A stretch of DNA of 64,000 nucleotides from Malacoraja senta (lineage: Eukaryota): NCBI GenBank assembly GCA_038087875.1, contig CM075995.1, forward strand, positions 3,784,001-3,848,000, read 5' to 3'. Positions within the stretch are counted from its first letter, which is position 1. Each line of letters begins with the position of its first letter. Positions 12,901 to 26,611 of this stretch are shown here, one piece after another. Position numbers and translations under genes: made by a program. The notes beneath the pieces are model-generated. The model was not told the origin of the DNA. It worked only from the letters and a program-made list of their open reading frames with translations, and searched no databases.

Positions 12901-13785
12901 CTTGGCCAATTCACGTCTCATACCCTCAAAGTTACATTTCTTTAAGTTCAGAACCGTTGTTTCTGAATTAACAATGTCACTCTCCATCCTAATGAAGAAC
13001 TCAACCATATTATGGTCACTCTTGCCCAAGGGTGCAGGCACAACAAGACTGCTAACTAACCCTTCCTCATTACTCAATACCCAGTCTAGAATAGCCTGCT
13101 CTCTCGTTGGTTCCTCTACATGTTGGTTTAGATAACTATCCCGCATACATTCCAAGAATTCCTCTTCCTCAGCACCCCTGCCAATTTGATTCACCCAATC
13201 TATATGTAGATTGAAGTCACCCATTATAACTGTTTTGCCTTTGTTGCACGCATTTCTAATTTCCTGTTTGATGCCATCCCCAACTTCACTACTACTGCTA
13301 GGTGGCCTGTACACAACACCCACCAGTGTTTTCTGCCCCTTAGTGTTTCGCAGCACTACCCATACCGATTCCACATCCTCCAAGCTAATGTCCTTCCTTT
13401 CCACTGCGTTAATCTCCTCTCTAACCAGCAACGCTACCCCACCTCCTTTTCCTTTCTCTCTATCCCTCCTGAATATTGAATATCCCTGGATGTTCAGCTC
13501 CCAGCCTTGGTCACCCTGGAGCCATGTCTCCGTGATCCCAACTATATCATAATCATTAATTGCTATCTGCACGTTCAACTCATCCACCTTATTACGAATG
13601 CTCCTTGCATTGAGACACAAAGAATTCAGGCTTGTTTTTACAACGCTCTTACCCCTTATACAATTATGTTGAAAAGTGGCCCTTTTTGATTTTTGCCCTG
13701 GATTTATCTGCCTGCCACTTTTACTTTTCACCTTGCTACCTATTGCTTCCGCCCGCATTTTACACCCCTCTGTTTCTCTGCTCAC
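12883..13785 (-). pseudogene. CR1 ORF2 apurinic-like endonuclease portion
   Basis: LNARS, GITETW, GGGV, VYRPP, MGDFN, LDWV, SDH motifs. Confidence 0.93.
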
Positions 13786-14479
13786 CCATTTAAGAACCCC
13801 ACCACCTCTTATTCTCTATTATTGTTTTCTTCTTCCCCCCCTACATGTTGGGTCTGAGTGCTTTCCTTCTCTGCCTCCTGCCTCACACACTGTCTAATAG
13901 CATTCTCTATTTGAGTCTATTTGTGTCCCTCCCCCCAACCATTCTACTTCGCTATACAACCTGGCTGATCTATTTTTCCTTCTTAACCTGTCTTCTCCGT
14001 GTAACCTAAGACTAATCAAGAACCTATGAATTTCGGCTTTAAAAGTACCCATCGTCTCTATCTCTCATTCCCCTTATCCCTAACCAAGCTGAAGAAGAGT
14101 CTCAACCCTAAACATCACATTCCTTCCCTCCAGAGATGCCGCCTGTCCTGCTGAGTTACTCCAGCTTTTTGTGTCTACCTTTGGTTTAAACCAGCATCTG
14201 CAGTTCCTTCCCCACATCACATGTTTCTGTCAGTTTGTGATTGCATATCATATTAATCATTTGAATGGTTCATTTCATGACTTAGGATGAAGATATAAAT
14301 GATGATCTTTTCTTACATATGTAGAGCTGGCACAAAACAGTGCTGGAGGAACACAGAGCATCAGGTAAATTTTGCCTAATGCTCTGAGTTCTTCCTGAAG
14401 CACGTTTTTGTTCAAGATTTCAACATCTGTAGTCTCCATATACACCTCTACCTCTTTATTTCAAAGGTCGGAAAATATT

Positions 14480-14980
14480 ACGTGGATTTCAAGCTTGAAA
14501 GGGTGCAGAGTAGACTTACGAGATGTTGCCAGGGCTTGAGGGCCTGAGTTATAGGGAGAGGTTAAGTAGGCTAGAAATCTATTCCTTGCAGTGCAGGGGA
14601 ATGAGGGGTGATCTTATAGCAATGTACAAATTCATGAGAGGAATAGATCAGGTAGACACATAGAGTCTCTTGCCCAGTAGGGGAACCGAGAACCAGAGGA
14701 CATAGGTTTAAGGTGAGGGGGAAAAGATTTAAAAGGAATCTGAGGGGTAACTTTTTCACACAAAGGGTGGTAGGTGTATGGAACGAGCTGCCAGAGGAGG
14801 TAGTAGAGGCAGGTATTATCGCAAAGTTTAAGAAACATTTAGACAGGTACATGGATAGAACAGATTTAGAGGGATATGGATCAAATGCAGGCTAGTGGGA
14901 CTAGCTTAGATAGGACATGTGGCCCGTGTGGACAAGTTGGGCCAAAGGGCCTGTTTCCATGCTGTATGACTCTATGACTG
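14480..14980 (+). mobile_element. CR1 LINE 3' fragment
   Basis: ORF 14713-14895 RGNFFTQRVVGVWNELP; (gactctat)n tail. Confidence 0.85.
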
Positions 14981-15339
14981 TGAGAGGTAGGACAATGGGG
15001 TGAGATGGAAAAATAGATCAGCCATGGTCGAATGTTGCAGTAGTCTCGATGGGCCGAATGACCTAATTCTTGGCAACTTCAAAGAAATGTAAAAATGCAT
15101 CAAATTGTGGCAAAATTACATCAACCACACAATCGGCAATTAATTTGAAATAACAAAGAAAGAACCCATTCATGTAGCAGCCAGGTATTTTGCAGCCATT
15201 TTATGGTGGGAATCATGACAGCCATTCTCCTCAAAGCTACGTGATATCGGGGAAGTCATCAGTGATCAGAAATGTTGATTGAGTGGTAAACATTGGATAG
15301 GTGACCAGTGATTATCAAAATGTTTATCTATGAAATAAT

Positions 15340-15845
15340 GTTAGAATATAGAACATAGAAAGGTACCGCACGAAAACAGGCCCTTTGGCTAGATGCCAAG
15401 ATAAACTAATCTCATCTGCCTGCACATGATCCGTATACTTCCATTATCTGCACATCCATGCACCTATCTAAAAGCCTCTTAAATGCCACTATCGTACTTG
15501 CCTCCACCACCACCCCTGGCAGTGCATTCCAGGCCCCAACACCTTCAGCGTAAAAAACCTGCCCCGCACATCTCCTTAAAGCTCTGCTCTCTAGTCCTTC
15601 TCATTCCCACCCTGAGGAAAAGGTTCAGCCTGTCGACCCTATCAATGCCTCGCATCATTTTATATACTTCTTTCAGATCTCCCCTCAACTTCTAGCATTG
15701 CAGAAAAAAAACAATCTTAGTTTGTCCAACCTCTTTATATAGCTAATATCCTCTACTTCAGTCAGAATTCTGGTAAATCCCTTTTACACCCTCTCCATAT
15801 CCTTCCTGTACTGGGGTGACTAGAGCTGCATATCATACTCCATTG
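15340..15845 (-). mobile_element. Older CR1 3' fragment
   Basis: Degenerate match to CR1 3' region; agaatatagaacatagaa tail. Confidence 0.6.
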
Positions 15846-15894
15846 TTGAAGGACCATTTAATTTGTGAAGTGAATTGGCCCATTTTCAATGATC

Positions 15895-15975
15895 TATCTC
15901 ATCTGAAAAACAGCAACTCCAAACATGTTGCACTCCCTCAGTACTGCAATGTGCTGGCAGCCTAACTTTTGTTCT
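15895..15975 (-). mobile_element. Ancient Deu-domain SINE fragment (SacSINE1/AmnSINE-like)
   Basis: tctcatctgaaaaacagcaactcc..gcactccctcagtactgca..gcagccta resembles the DeuSINE core as I recall it; similar fragment at ~42575-42690. Confidence 0.5.
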
Positions 15976-16300
15976 TGTTTAGTTTAGTTTAGTTTTATTT
16001 AGTTTAGAGATACAATGCGTAAACAGGCGCTTCGGCCCACTGAGTCCATGCCGACCAGTCATCCCCGCACACTTACACTATCCTACACACACTAGGGACA
16101 ATTTACAATTCTACCAAGCCAATTAACCTACAAACCTGCTCGTCTTTGGAATGTGGGAGGAAACTGAAGATCCCGTAGAAAACCCACGTGGGTCATGAGG
16201 AGAACGTACAAACTCCGTACAGACAAGCACTCACAGTCAGGATCGAACCCGGGTCTCTGGAGCTGTAAGGCAACGACTACCGCTGCGCCACAGTGCCTCC
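15976..16300 (-). mobile_element. HE1-type SINE
   Basis: (tttag)n tail and B-box-like ggatcgaaccc. Confidence 0.85.
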
Positions 16301-16669
16301 CTCACATGGGAGCAGAATGTTAATCCATGGCCTCACCCAATCCATGAATGCTGTCACCCAACCCATAATCTGACTCTACATGCAGTATTTAATAATTCCT
16401 GGAAGTAGCATTAATCTGAGATGGGATGGGATGGGATGGACGAGAAGTGACTTCCCTACTCGTGGAGGATCATTCAGTTTGGCCAAGGTTAAAATAAGGG
16501 TGTTAGTTGGAGCTGGCATCACACAACGTGGTGCAAAGTGAGAGTGAGCGGGCGATGTTATTGTCTTATGTCCCGAAACAGAACAATGAAATTCTTACTT
16601 GTAGCAGCACAACAGAAATGTAAACATTGTACTCTGTAAAAATGGATAATAAACAATAAGAAAAGTTCC

Positions 16670-17992
16670 GTGTTTAAGAAGGAACTGCAGATGCTGGAAA
16701 ATCGAAGGTAGACAAAAGTGCTGGAGAAACTCAGCGGGTGCAGCAGCATCTATGGAGCGAAGGAAATAGGCAACGTTTCGGGCCGAAACCCTTCTTCAGA
16801 CTGATGTAGGGTGGGGAGAAGAAAGGAACAAGGAAGAGGAGGAGCCCGAGGGCTGAGGGAGTGCTGAGAAGGGGAGGAGACAGAAAGGGCTACCGGAAAG
16901 TGGAGAATTCAATGTTTATGCCTCTAGGGTGCAGACTGCCCAAGCGGAATATGAGGTGCTGCTCCTCCAATTTCCGGTGGTGCTCACTCTGGCCATGGAG
17001 GAGGCCCAGGACAGAGAGGTCGGATTCAGAATGGGAGGGGGAGTTGAAGTGCTGAGCCACTGGAAGATCAGGTTGGTTAATGCGGACCGAGCGGAGGTGT
17101 TCCGCGAGACGATCGCCAAGCCTATGCTTGGTCTCACCGATGTAGATCAGCTGATATCTAGAGCAGCGGATGCAATAGATGAGGTTGGAGGAGATGCAGG
17201 TGAACCTCTGTCGCACCTGGAATGACTGCTTGGAGTCGAGGGGGGAGGTAAAGCGACAAGTGTAGCATCTCTTGCGGCTGCAAGGGAAAGTGCCTGGGGA
17301 GGGGGTGGTGCGGGAGGGAAGGGAAGAATTGACCAGGGAGTTACGGAGGGAGCGGTCTTTGCGGAAAGCAGACAGGGGGGGAGATGGGAAGATGTGGCGA
17401 GTGGTGGGGTCACGTTGGAGGTGGCTAAAATGACGGAGGACTATTTGTTGTACGTCACTGCTAGTGGGGTGAAAGGTGAGGACTAGGGGGATTCTGCCCT
17501 TGTTACGAGTGGGGGGATGGGGAGAGAGTAGTGTTATGGGGTATGGAAGAGACCCTGGTGAGAGCCTCATCTATAGTAGGGGAGGGGAACCCCTGTTCCC
17601 TGAAGAATGAGTAAAATTTCCGATGCCCTGGTGTGAAACACCTCATCCTGGGAGCAAGATGCGGCGTAGACGGAGGAATTGGGAGTAGGGGATGGAGTCC
17701 TTACAGGAAGAAGGGTGGGAAGAAGAGTAGTCAAGATAGCCATGGGAGTCAGTAGGTTTATAGTGGATGTCGGTCAGAAGTCTAGCACCTGCGATGGAGA
17801 TAGTGAGGTCAAGAGATGGTACGGAAGTGTCGGAAATGGTCCAGGTGTATTTGAGTGCCGGATGGAAGTTAGTGGTGAAATGGATGAAGTAAGTGAGTTG
17901 TGTGTGGGTGCAGGAGGTAGCACCAATGCAGTCATCGATGTAGCGGTCGGGGATGGGGCCCTGGTACACCTCGAACAAAGATTGTTCGACGT
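16670..17992 (-). mobile_element. Penelope-like element, 3' part (RT C-terminus, GIY-YIG endonuclease, terminal repeat)
   Basis: ORF 16890-17570 NLIYCIRC...IYIGETK..L..R..EH; RYIDD and YKPTDSH.YL in ORF 17643-18245; terminal repeat 16670-16810. Confidence 0.92.
16772..16799 (-). ncRNA. Minimal hammerhead-ribozyme-like motif in Penelope terminal repeat
   Basis: Minus strand CUGAAGA-A-GGG(UUUCGG)CCC-GAAA-CG-UU; activity unproven. Confidence 0.55.
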
Positions 17993-18819
17993 CAAAGTTC
18001 TCTTTTATATATGCAGGTACACATATACACACTGAGGAATATATATGTATATTCCTCAGTGTGTGGGTACACACACAAAAACACAGACACATACCCACAT
18101 ATACCCATATACAAACACATACATATATACATAATATTTTTGTCTTTGCACTCTTATTGTTTGATTGTTTTGTCACATATATACACAGCAGAATTAGCCG
18201 ACTGTAACTTTTGTTAGATACTACTCTACGAAAATATTTTATCAACTACATGGGTACAAATTATTTCATTAGTCATAACATACTTTTCGCTTAGGTTAAT
18301 CTTATTCAACAACAGATGGTTAATACAAGTCAAACACAATACAAGGGCATCTTGACATTATTCTATCTCACCTTTAAGGCAGCTCACGCCACCATCCCTT
18401 CTCTGAACCAATCGTAAGCCTCCCATTTACACTAACATAATTATCCCTCAAGCGGTAGGGGGCACGGGTGATCTACTGTAACACCTCACAGAAAGTTAAA
18501 CAAGCTTCGTTATCTCCTCTATTATTTCATGTTTACATTTACCATCCACTCTTCAAAACATTCCCAGACAAGAGGTAATACGTCTAATCTTACTTTGCTG
18601 ATTCCCATGAACTTCTTCTGCACCTGGTCAAGCGAAAGATGCCAATTGTCACATCCAAAACACCCTTTCTTTACCTTGTTCTCTTCCAATCAAAATTATG
18701 TAAAGAAGGATATTAATTTTTCTTCCACACAAACACATGCACATGCACATACCCACATACATACAAACATACACTTATGTGTGTGTGTGTGTGTGTATGT
18801 ATGTGGGTATGTGTGTTTG

Positions 18820-19130
18820 TGTGTGTATATATAAGTAACAAAACAAACAAACAATAATAATGCAAAGATAAAAAATAATACCCCCATGTCTATGTAGTTC
18901 AGAGCTTATTTGGAGGCTGTAGTGTTTAATAGCCTGAAGGCTATTAAGAAGAAGCTGCTCCTGAAGCTGGACGTTACAGTTTTCAGTCTCCAATATCTTC
19001 TTGCCGATGGCAGAAGTGAAATGAGTGTGTGGCCAGGGCTGGTGTGGGTCTCTGATGATGCTGGCTGCCTTTTTGAGGCAGCGACTCTTGTACATGCTTT
19101 CGATGGTGGGATCCATCAGTGTTGCCAACA
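18820..19130 (-). mobile_element. Rex1/Babar LINE 3' fragment
   Basis: ORF 18775-19290 contains YKSRCLKKAASIIRDPH.P. Confidence 0.7.
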
Positions 19131-19737
19131 GAATGGGCTGTTGCCAACAGAAGAGAGAGTTAGATACATATCTTAGGGATAACGTGATAAGCGGAGAAAA
19201 CAGGAACGGGGGTGCTGATTTAGAATGATCAGTCATAATCATATTGAATGGCAGTGCTGGCTCGAAGGGCCGAATGGCCAACTCCTGCACCTATTGTCTA
19301 TGTTTCTATGTTTCATCATCCAGTTCTCTACACATATCTGGCAGGATCCGCAATAGCAGATACCAAACCCTTGTCAACCCAGCAGCCGGCATGATTCACA
19401 CTACCAAGACTCATGTGCAAACGTTGGAACCAAAAGAGCTGCCACTACAGAAACAACATTTAGCAGCCGACATCACTTTGCTATAGTCTCTGCCTTGAGT
19501 GTGACAGGGCTCATGCATTGGTGTTCTGGCACTGCACAGATTCCTATTGCGACACATCTGTTTGGGTACATTTGTGCTTTGCCCATATGGTATTTCCCTA
19601 TACAACAAATGTTTGGTTGGAAAGGTGCACATAGAAAGATAGCGAGAAGGAAAGGCCTGGATAGAGTGGATGTGGAGAGGATGTTTCCATTAGTGGGAGA
19701 ACCTAGGACCTAGACTCAGAATTAAAGGATGTCCCTT

Positions 19738-20670
19738 TATGGGCGACTGCCGGCGACTGGAAAGTCAACTATCAGAGTGAAACACACACACACACACACA
19801 CACACACATCACTTCCTTCACCAGCCCGTTATGCAAGCAGGGGACAGGGCAAGCGGGGGGAGCGCTGTCTGAGTGAAATTCACACGGCGCAAAGCTAATG
19901 TGATACAGACACATCCTGCGATGAACAGGAATGTTTGCGCTATAATTAAGACAGTGAAAGCACAGTGTACGGGAAGGGTCACGTAAGTCCTTTAAAAGGG
20001 GGGGATAGGGGAGGAAGAGGGGGGAGAAGGGGGAGAAGGGGGGAGAAGGGGGAAGAAGGGGGGAGAAGGAGTGGAGTCAACTTTTAAACCAGAGATACAC
20101 GGCTGTGAAGCTCGGCGGACATTAACATTGGTCGGTTATCCTTGATTCTGAAAACTACTGCTTACGTTTTTTTTCTCCCAATGAGCCAATGAAATTCACT
20201 GGTCAGCACCAGCTACAAGCCACGAGAACCTTCGACCTCCTGGCAGCCCACTAGGACCTCCTGACGACCCAGCTACGGCACGAGAATTATCGCTACAATA
20301 GACAATAGACAATAGACAATAGGTGCAGGAGCAGGCCATTTGGCCCTTCAATGTGATCATGGCTGATCATCCGCAATCAGTACCCCGTTCCTGCCTTCTC
20401 CCCATATCCCCTGACTCTGCTATTTTTAAGAGCCCTATCTAGCTCTCTCCTGAAAGCATTCAGAGAACCTGCCTCCACCACCCTCTGAGGCAGAGAATTC
20501 CACAGACTCTCCACAGTAGCTACTCTCCATGGCGGCATCATTTTGGTCACCGCAAATTTTTTAACATGTTGAAAAATTCACGGCGACCATAATGAGGCTG
20601 CGACCAATTCCCAGAATGCGGGAATTCCTCACGGCCATGAAGGCGACTCCCCGGCAACTACCTGCGAACA
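19738..20670. mobile_element. Degenerate TIR element related to MITE family C, with a CR1 tail inserted at ~20297-20512
   Basis: Shares aacatgttgaaaatt and ggcgact motifs with 61924-62216; contains (CA)n at 19782-19808 and (gggggagaa)n. Confidence 0.45.
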
Positions 20671-20862
20671 TATAACTTCTCACCTTTCAGGGAGACAAGT
20701 CTCCTGCCATAATATCTGGATATGGCACAGTCATATTGAAGCTGCTACTTCCTCAGGAATTATGAATTTCAGTCAGGAAATGTGTAGGGAACATCCTAAA
20801 AAGAAAAGGCGAGAGGCTTTCTTTAGTTAATAGTTTGCAGTAACTCAAAATAGTCGGCAGTG

Positions 20863-21168
20863 AAACGGTGACGCAGCAGTAGAGTTACTGGCTTACAGCA
20901 CTTACAGTGTCAGGGGTTCGATCCTGGCCACAGGTGCTTATCTGTACGTACAGAGGTCTCCCCATGAACGTATGGGTTTTCTCCAAGAAATTTGGTTTCT
21001 TCCCACACTCCAAAGACATACAGGTTTGTGGGTTAATTGGCTTGGCATGAATGTAAAAATTGTCCCTGATGTAGGATATTGCTAGTGAGAGGGGATCGTT
21101 GTTCGGCGCGGACTCGGTAGGCCGAAGGGCCTGTTTCCCGCACTGTATCTCTAAATTAAAATAAACTA
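20863..21168 (+). mobile_element. HE1-type SINE
   Basis: ggttcgatcc B box; gggcctgtttcccgcactgtatctctaaa tail. Confidence 0.85.
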
Positions 21169-22142
21169 GTCTACTCCATTTCACACCAAACATCAACCAA
21201 GAGAGACGATTCCCCACTGGTCCCATCCGCTGTTTTATATTCATCTTCTATATTGGATTGAATGTGATATTCTAAAACCATCTACATGGTATGATTTGTA
21301 TCCCTCTTTTACAGACAATGTATGGCAAAATTGAACTCACTGGAAAATGAAAGAAAGATCATCCTGGTGATTGCAAATCACACACATAAACTTTCATTTT
21401 GATCGCAGGTTCTCCTGCAGTGATATGTCAGAGATTGGCCACGTGTGACTGCAGAGGGAATTCTAATGTATTGTATTTCTGAATTGCTTTCTGCAGTCTG
21501 CCTCGATGTGAAGTGATTAGTGCTGACATCACGTTTTAACCTAACGGCAGGGACCTGGCTGCACCTATTGCAATTCTTAACTAAATGAAATGTTGACATC
21601 CTTTCACATGCATTTTATCGTACAGACAGTTTTGCACTTCTCACAAATGAGGAAACTTGCAGACGGGTCCCTTTCAGATGTGCCTGGGGCACTTGGAATT
21701 TTGAAATCAAGCCAAGGTAATGGATTTCAGGTAAACTCTTATTGCATTCTATGCAACAACAAAAAGAGCCATTCCCTTTGGACAAGGAAGTCATTTCTGT
21801 TCGAAAATTGATTGGGTTCAAAGCTCCGAGCTGTAATATATTGGGTAAATGTCACGTGCAACCTGTGTGAGGCGGGGTAGATAAATAATCCTATATTCAC
21901 ACCGCACTCTCTCGAATGCTGAAAGCAGCACCTGATCTCATTCAGTCTGAACACATACTGTGACAAGCACAAATAACACACAGCAAGATTCACACTTAGA
22001 TTCCTGCATTGTTGCACTGGACCCTTTGTAAACCAGCAGGACATAATAAGCAACCGCCATCTCTAGATTTCTGCTTCCCTCTCGAAGGGGAGCAGCAAAT
22101 AGCGATTAACATCCTAACACTCCTTCTGTTCAACAGTAATTT

Positions 22143-22595
22143 TATAGAAACATAGAAACATAGAAAATAGGTGCAGGAGTAGGCCATTCGGCCCTTCGAG
22201 CCAGCACTGCCATTCAAAATGATCATTCATGGCTGACCATGCAAAATCAGTACCCCGTTCCTGCTTTTACCCCACATCCCTTGATTCCTTTAGCCCTAAG
22301 AGCTAACTCTCTTACTCTCTCTTGAAAACGTCGTGAATTGGCCTCCACTGCCTTCTATGGCAGAGAATTCCACAGATTCACAACTCTCTGGGTGAAAAGG
22401 TTTTTCCGCATCTCAGTCCTAAATGGCCGACCCCTTATTCGTAAATTGTGACCCATTGTTCTGGACTCCCCCAACATCGGGAATATTTTTCCTGCATCTA
22501 GCCTGTCCAATCCCTTAAGAATTGTATATGTTTCTATAAGAGTCCCTCTCATCCTTCTAAATTCCAGTGAATACAAGCCCAGTCGGCCCATTCTT
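22143..22595 (-). mobile_element. CR1 LINE 3' fragment
   Basis: ORF 22355-22591 LGLYSLEFRRMRG..WNSLP; (atagaaac)n tail. Confidence 0.9.
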
Positions 22596-23010
22596 TCGAT
22601 TTATGACATTTATTCGAATGACTTTTATGATCCAGGGGCAGGAATGACATTTAACTCCCCTCTTACAAATCTTTCTTGGCACACTTGTCGATTTCTGAGT
22701 TGTTACCTTTTGTGTTGAAATTCCTTCACCTTCTCAGATTTCCTTCCTCCAGCCTTGCATTCCTCCAACTGTTCTATGTACTCCCTACTTGAGCATTCAT
22801 TGCTTTATCATTTCCATGGTTCCATTACTGACACCCATTCTTCTGTCCTTAATTAAGGTACATCCCTTTCTGCCGTTCTTTAAGATGTACATTAAAATTT
22901 AGTTTATGTCTTAAGATAAATCCTCATCCACTCTGACATTTCTTCCATTGACGTTTTAGCCTTTGTCAAGCACAGGCACAGTGTCAGGCACAGAGGCACT
23001 GTCAAGGCTG

Positions 23011-23317
23011 ACACGATGGCACGGGTAGAGTCGCTGCCTTACAGCGCCAGAGACCCGGGTTCGATCCTGACTACGGATGCTGTCTGTACAGAGTTTGTAC
23101 GTTCTCCCCGTGACCTCATGGGTGTTCTCCGGGTTCTCCGGTTTCCTCCCACACTCCGTAGACGTACAGGTTTGTAGGTTAATTGTCTTCGGTAAATTGT
23201 AAATTGTCCCCAGTGTGTAGGATGGTGTTAGTGTACTGGGTGATTGCTAGTCGGCGCGGACCCGGTGGGCCAATGGGCCTGATTCCACGCTGTACCTCCA
23301 AAGTCTAAAGTCTAAAG
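23011..23317 (+). mobile_element. HE1-type SINE
   Basis: Consensus match, (aaagtct)n tail. Confidence 0.85.
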
Positions 23318-23879
23318 CATCTGGGGATATTTTTCTGCACTGAAATCATGAAATAAGTGCAGAGTGTGGCTGCAATCAACTGAAATCATTCAGTGGGCAG
23401 ACAGAGGATGCAAGTGAGCAGTAAGATTACTGCATTAATCAGATGTACATCTTCTATGCCATATGTTTCATGGGAGTTTGGCTTCCTTCATCATTAATTT
23501 ATAAAGTAAATGGTAAACAAGACAGCAGCATTTTGAAAGATGAAATGTCTTCTGCATATCTGCATAAATTGAACAAATGTTATCCAAATTGTGTTACAGT
23601 TTTGAATCAGGACGAACCTAAAATGTATATCACTGTACATGTTGTGAAGTCTGCAAGTCAAGTCAAATATTGTACTTATTGTGATGTGATGATGTTCAAT
23701 GGCATTGATTAGTACGGGTGTCAGAGGTTATGGGGAGAAGGCAGGAGAATGTGGTAGGAGGGAGAGATAGATCAGCCATGATTGAATGGCGGGGTAGACT
23801 CGATGGGCCAAATGGCCTAATTCTACTCCTATCACTAATGATCTTATGATGTGTGCATGCGAGAAGTATATCCGTACTA

Positions 23880-24184
23880 CACAGTGGCGCAGGGGTAGGG
23901 CTGCTGCTTTACAGCACCAGAGAACTGGTTTCAATCCTGACTACGGGTGGTGCCTGGTCAGAGTTACTAAGTTCTCCCCGTGACCTGCGTGAGTTTTCTC
24001 CAGGATTCCTCCCACACTCCAAAGACGTACAGGTTTGTACTCTAATCAGCTTGGTGAAATTGTAAATTGTCCCTTGGAGGGGGAAGGAATGTGGTAGTGT
24101 GCGAGGATCGCTGGTCAGCTCGGACTTGGTACGCCGAAAGGCCTGTTTTTGCCATGTATCTCTAAACTAAACATTAAACTAAAT
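23880..24184 (+). mobile_element. HE1-type SINE
   Basis: Consensus match. Confidence 0.8.
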
Positions 24185-24690
24185 ACCCTGGACCATTATT
24201 TCACCCACACAAAATCACTGACACCATTTCAAGTGTGGTAAACTTTCATTAACACTGAACACAAATTGCATTGACTTGATCCCAATACCCCAGTGCTCAT
24301 TGTGGCACGGTTCTTTAATCAAATTATGCACATTGATTATTCTATACTGAGCATTTGGCTTTAAAATTGGCCCAATATCTGGAATTGGTAGGAATTCAAG
24401 GGTTAAAATACCCAGCAATGTTGTGCTTTAGCATAAGGGGTAATGTTTTAAAGTCATAGTCATGAAACAGACCCTTCAAACCATCATATCCATACTGCCA
24501 TCAAAGTACCCATATAAGCCTTTACCAGGCCTTTACCAGCACTTGGGCAGTAGACGTCTGTTCACCTCTTCAATTAAGAGCTTCTCCTGATATTTCTTAA
24601 ATATTTTGAGAATCTTTGTCGCCACCACTTTCGTAGACATTGCATGCCAGTATTCCAACCACCCCAAGGTTGAAATGAATTTTGCACAGT

Positions 24691-25003
24691 GGCAGGGTAG
24701 CACAGCGGTAGAGTTGCTGCCTTGCAGCGCCAGAGATCTGGGTTTGATCCCGACTATGGGTGCAGCCGTACGGAGTGTGTACGTTCTCCCCGTGACCGTG
24801 TGGGTTTTCTCCAAGATCTTCGGTTTCCTCCATCACTCCAAAGACGTACAGGTTTGTAGGTAAATTGGCTTGGTGTAAGCGTAAATTGTCCCTAGTGTGT
24901 GTAGGGTAGTGTTAATGTGCGGGGATCGCTCTTCGGCGTGGACTCGTTGGGCCGAAGGGCCTGTTTCTGCACTGTATCTCTAAACTGAACTAAACTAAAC
25001 TAA
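24691..25003 (+). mobile_element. HE1-type SINE
   Basis: Consensus match, (taaac)n tail. Confidence 0.85.
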
Positions 25004-25789
25004 AAATTCTACATTATATCTCCTCTAAATCCCTTCTGCATTATATCCCCTCTGACTACATTCATTTTGCCTCGTTAAATTGTCCACTAAGAAAGTGGAC
25101 AATTTATGCACTGTGGACAATTTATGCACAGTGAATGGTGAATGCTGTCAGACAAGATGGGCAGAGAAGTCCATTTGCCTCTTACAAATTATCCTTCTGG
25201 TTGACCGGTTGCTTTAATAGCATCCTGTGTACTGAATAAACTTTTACATGTACCTTAAACCTACGCCCTCTGATTTTTATGAAGAAAAGTTCTGTATTAT
25301 CCAACCTATTCTTGTCGTTGATGACTTTGTCTATCATCCCCTTCAACCTTCCTCGCTTTCCCAATGCCCTTATGCACATTGTTATACATTAGTTCCTGGT
25401 TTGGTAATGCCTCAGTTTTAACATTTCCATTCAAATCCATTCCAGACTACTCAACACACTCAAGAAAATTCCATGAACATTACACAAAGACCAACAGACT
25501 GCCAAATTAACTTCATGTCTGCAGTATGCTACTTGCACAGTATGCTATATTGCACCTTTTATTAATGAATATTTTATTTTATATAATGTATATGTCCATT
25601 GTCTACTTTTATTGGTACACTGTCTGTCTGTTTTATAAATATTACTTGCACATTGGAGTATGGAGAAACGCAATTTCAATCCTCTGTGTAACTACTCGTT
25701 ACATTATGTGAATTGACAATAAAATTACTATTACTATTACATCTTTTTAACCCCCTTCCTCCACTAAACATGTTTAGAAGGATGGGGGG

Positions 25790-26355
25790 TGGGGGGGGAC
25801 CTCATTGAAACTTACCAAATATTGAAACGCCTGGATAGAGTGGATATGGAGAGGATGTTTCCACTAGTGGGAGAGTCTAGCCTCAGAATAAAAGGTCGTA
25901 TCTTTAGAAAGAAGATGAAGATAAAGAAGAATTTCTTTAGTCGGTGGTGAATCTGTGGAATTCATTGCCACAGAAGGCAGTGGAGGCCAATTTTTTGAGT
26001 ATATTTTTAAGGTGAAGATTGAAAGATTCTTGATTAGTACGGGTGTCAGGGGTTATGGGGAGAAGGCAGGAGAATGTGGTTAGCAGGGAGAGATAGATCA
26101 GCCATGATTGGACGATGGGCCGAATGGCCTAATTCTGCTCCTACAACTAATGAACTCTACCTGCATTATCCATGCCAAAACATCAGGGTTCCTCTGAAAA
26201 TTAACTCTTAGGGCTAACGGAATCAAGGGATGTGGGCAGAAAGCAGGAACGGGGTAGTGATTTTGGAGGATCAGCCATGACAATATTGAATGGCTCGAAG
26301 GGCCAAATGGCCTACTTCTGCACCTATTTTCTATGTTTCTATGTTTCTATGTTTC
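25790..26355 (+). mobile_element. Two CR1 3' fragments
   Basis: ggtggtgaatctgtggaattcattgcc and gatcagccatga 3' UTR motifs; (ttctatgt)n tail. Confidence 0.75.
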
Positions 26356-26611
26356 TAAAATGGCTTCTTGCACAGCCAAATATTATTTATGAGCTGAGTT
26401 TCTTTGCTAAACCTCACTGTCTCCCTCTCTTCCTTTATATGGCACTTCTTAATATCTACCTCAACAAACAAACTCTTGGTCATATGCCTTAATATTTCTT
26501 TAGATGGTTCAGTGCAGTTATGTGTGATAATGCAACGATAACAATGCCTTGGAATATTTGACTATATTCATCTTGCCTCGTCAGGAGTCCATTGGGAAAG
26601 TGGACAATTTA

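Larger units (their letters stand above)
9711..13950 (-). mobile_element. CR1 LINE with near-complete ORF2, interrupted by an insertion at ~11893-12900
   Basis: APE endonuclease ORF 12883-13785 and RT ORF 9811-11862; CR1 sequence resumes across the insertion (ccagtcaatctt | cttggccaattc). Confidence 0.95.
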
